DNA of 64,000 nt from an uncultured Planctomycetaceae bacterium (GTDB lineage Bacteria > Planctomycetota > Planctomycetia > Planctomycetales > Planctomycetaceae), in assembly GCA_963815195.1 (NCBI GenBank), contig CAWFGE010000019.1, forward strand, positions 64,001 through 128,000, read 5' to 3'. Both the position numbers and the translations under genes were made by a program. How positions within the stretch are numbered: the stretch's first letter is position 1; each line of letters begins with the position of its first letter. The notes below the pieces were generated by a model, which was not told where the DNA came from, ran no database searches, and saw only the letters and a list, made by a program, of their open reading frames with translations. Positions 63,952 through 64,000 of this stretch are shown in pieces.

Positions 63952-64000
63952 CAAATCCTGATTTTAATTCCCCCACAGTCTGGCAAGGACGGGTGAGGCC

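Overview
GC-rich bacterial DNA, most likely from a Planctomycete. That call is an inference from the DUF1559 prepilin-like gene, the ECF sigma/Ser-Thr kinase pair, the PQQ-propeller proteins, the sulfatase and the integrase N-termini. The backbone carries recognisable genes (miaB, proS, PIN-PhoH, LptF/G, lipid kinase, SDR, Gfo/Idh/MocA, Rieske and cytochrome b6-type) and tRNA-Phe(GAA). Integrase and IS remnants flank the tRNA, and an accessory region follows (about 8.3-23 kb). The best candidate for an undescribed system lies in that region. An ECF43-like sigma and a 1402-aa TPR kinase are followed by an array of unrelated secreted genes. Each array position starts with a copy of a 90-185 bp repeat: in three copies the kinase 3' tail, then a hairpin, GGAAC-N16-GTCT, a second stem and the RBS. 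Two cargos also share a near-identical signal peptide. A second candidate is a MotA/ExbB-like gene with a long coiled tail plus two ExbD/MotB-like partners, only one carrying the TM Asp, divergent from three tandem STN/secretin-N-domain paralogs that lack a secretin barrel. Also present are a eukaryote-type tripeptidyl peptidase II with a signal peptide and several palindromic repeats. Seven frameshifts, four of them in G/C runs and one in miaB, suggest assembly errors rather than real pseudogenes. All family calls come from reading motifs by eye; no database search was run.
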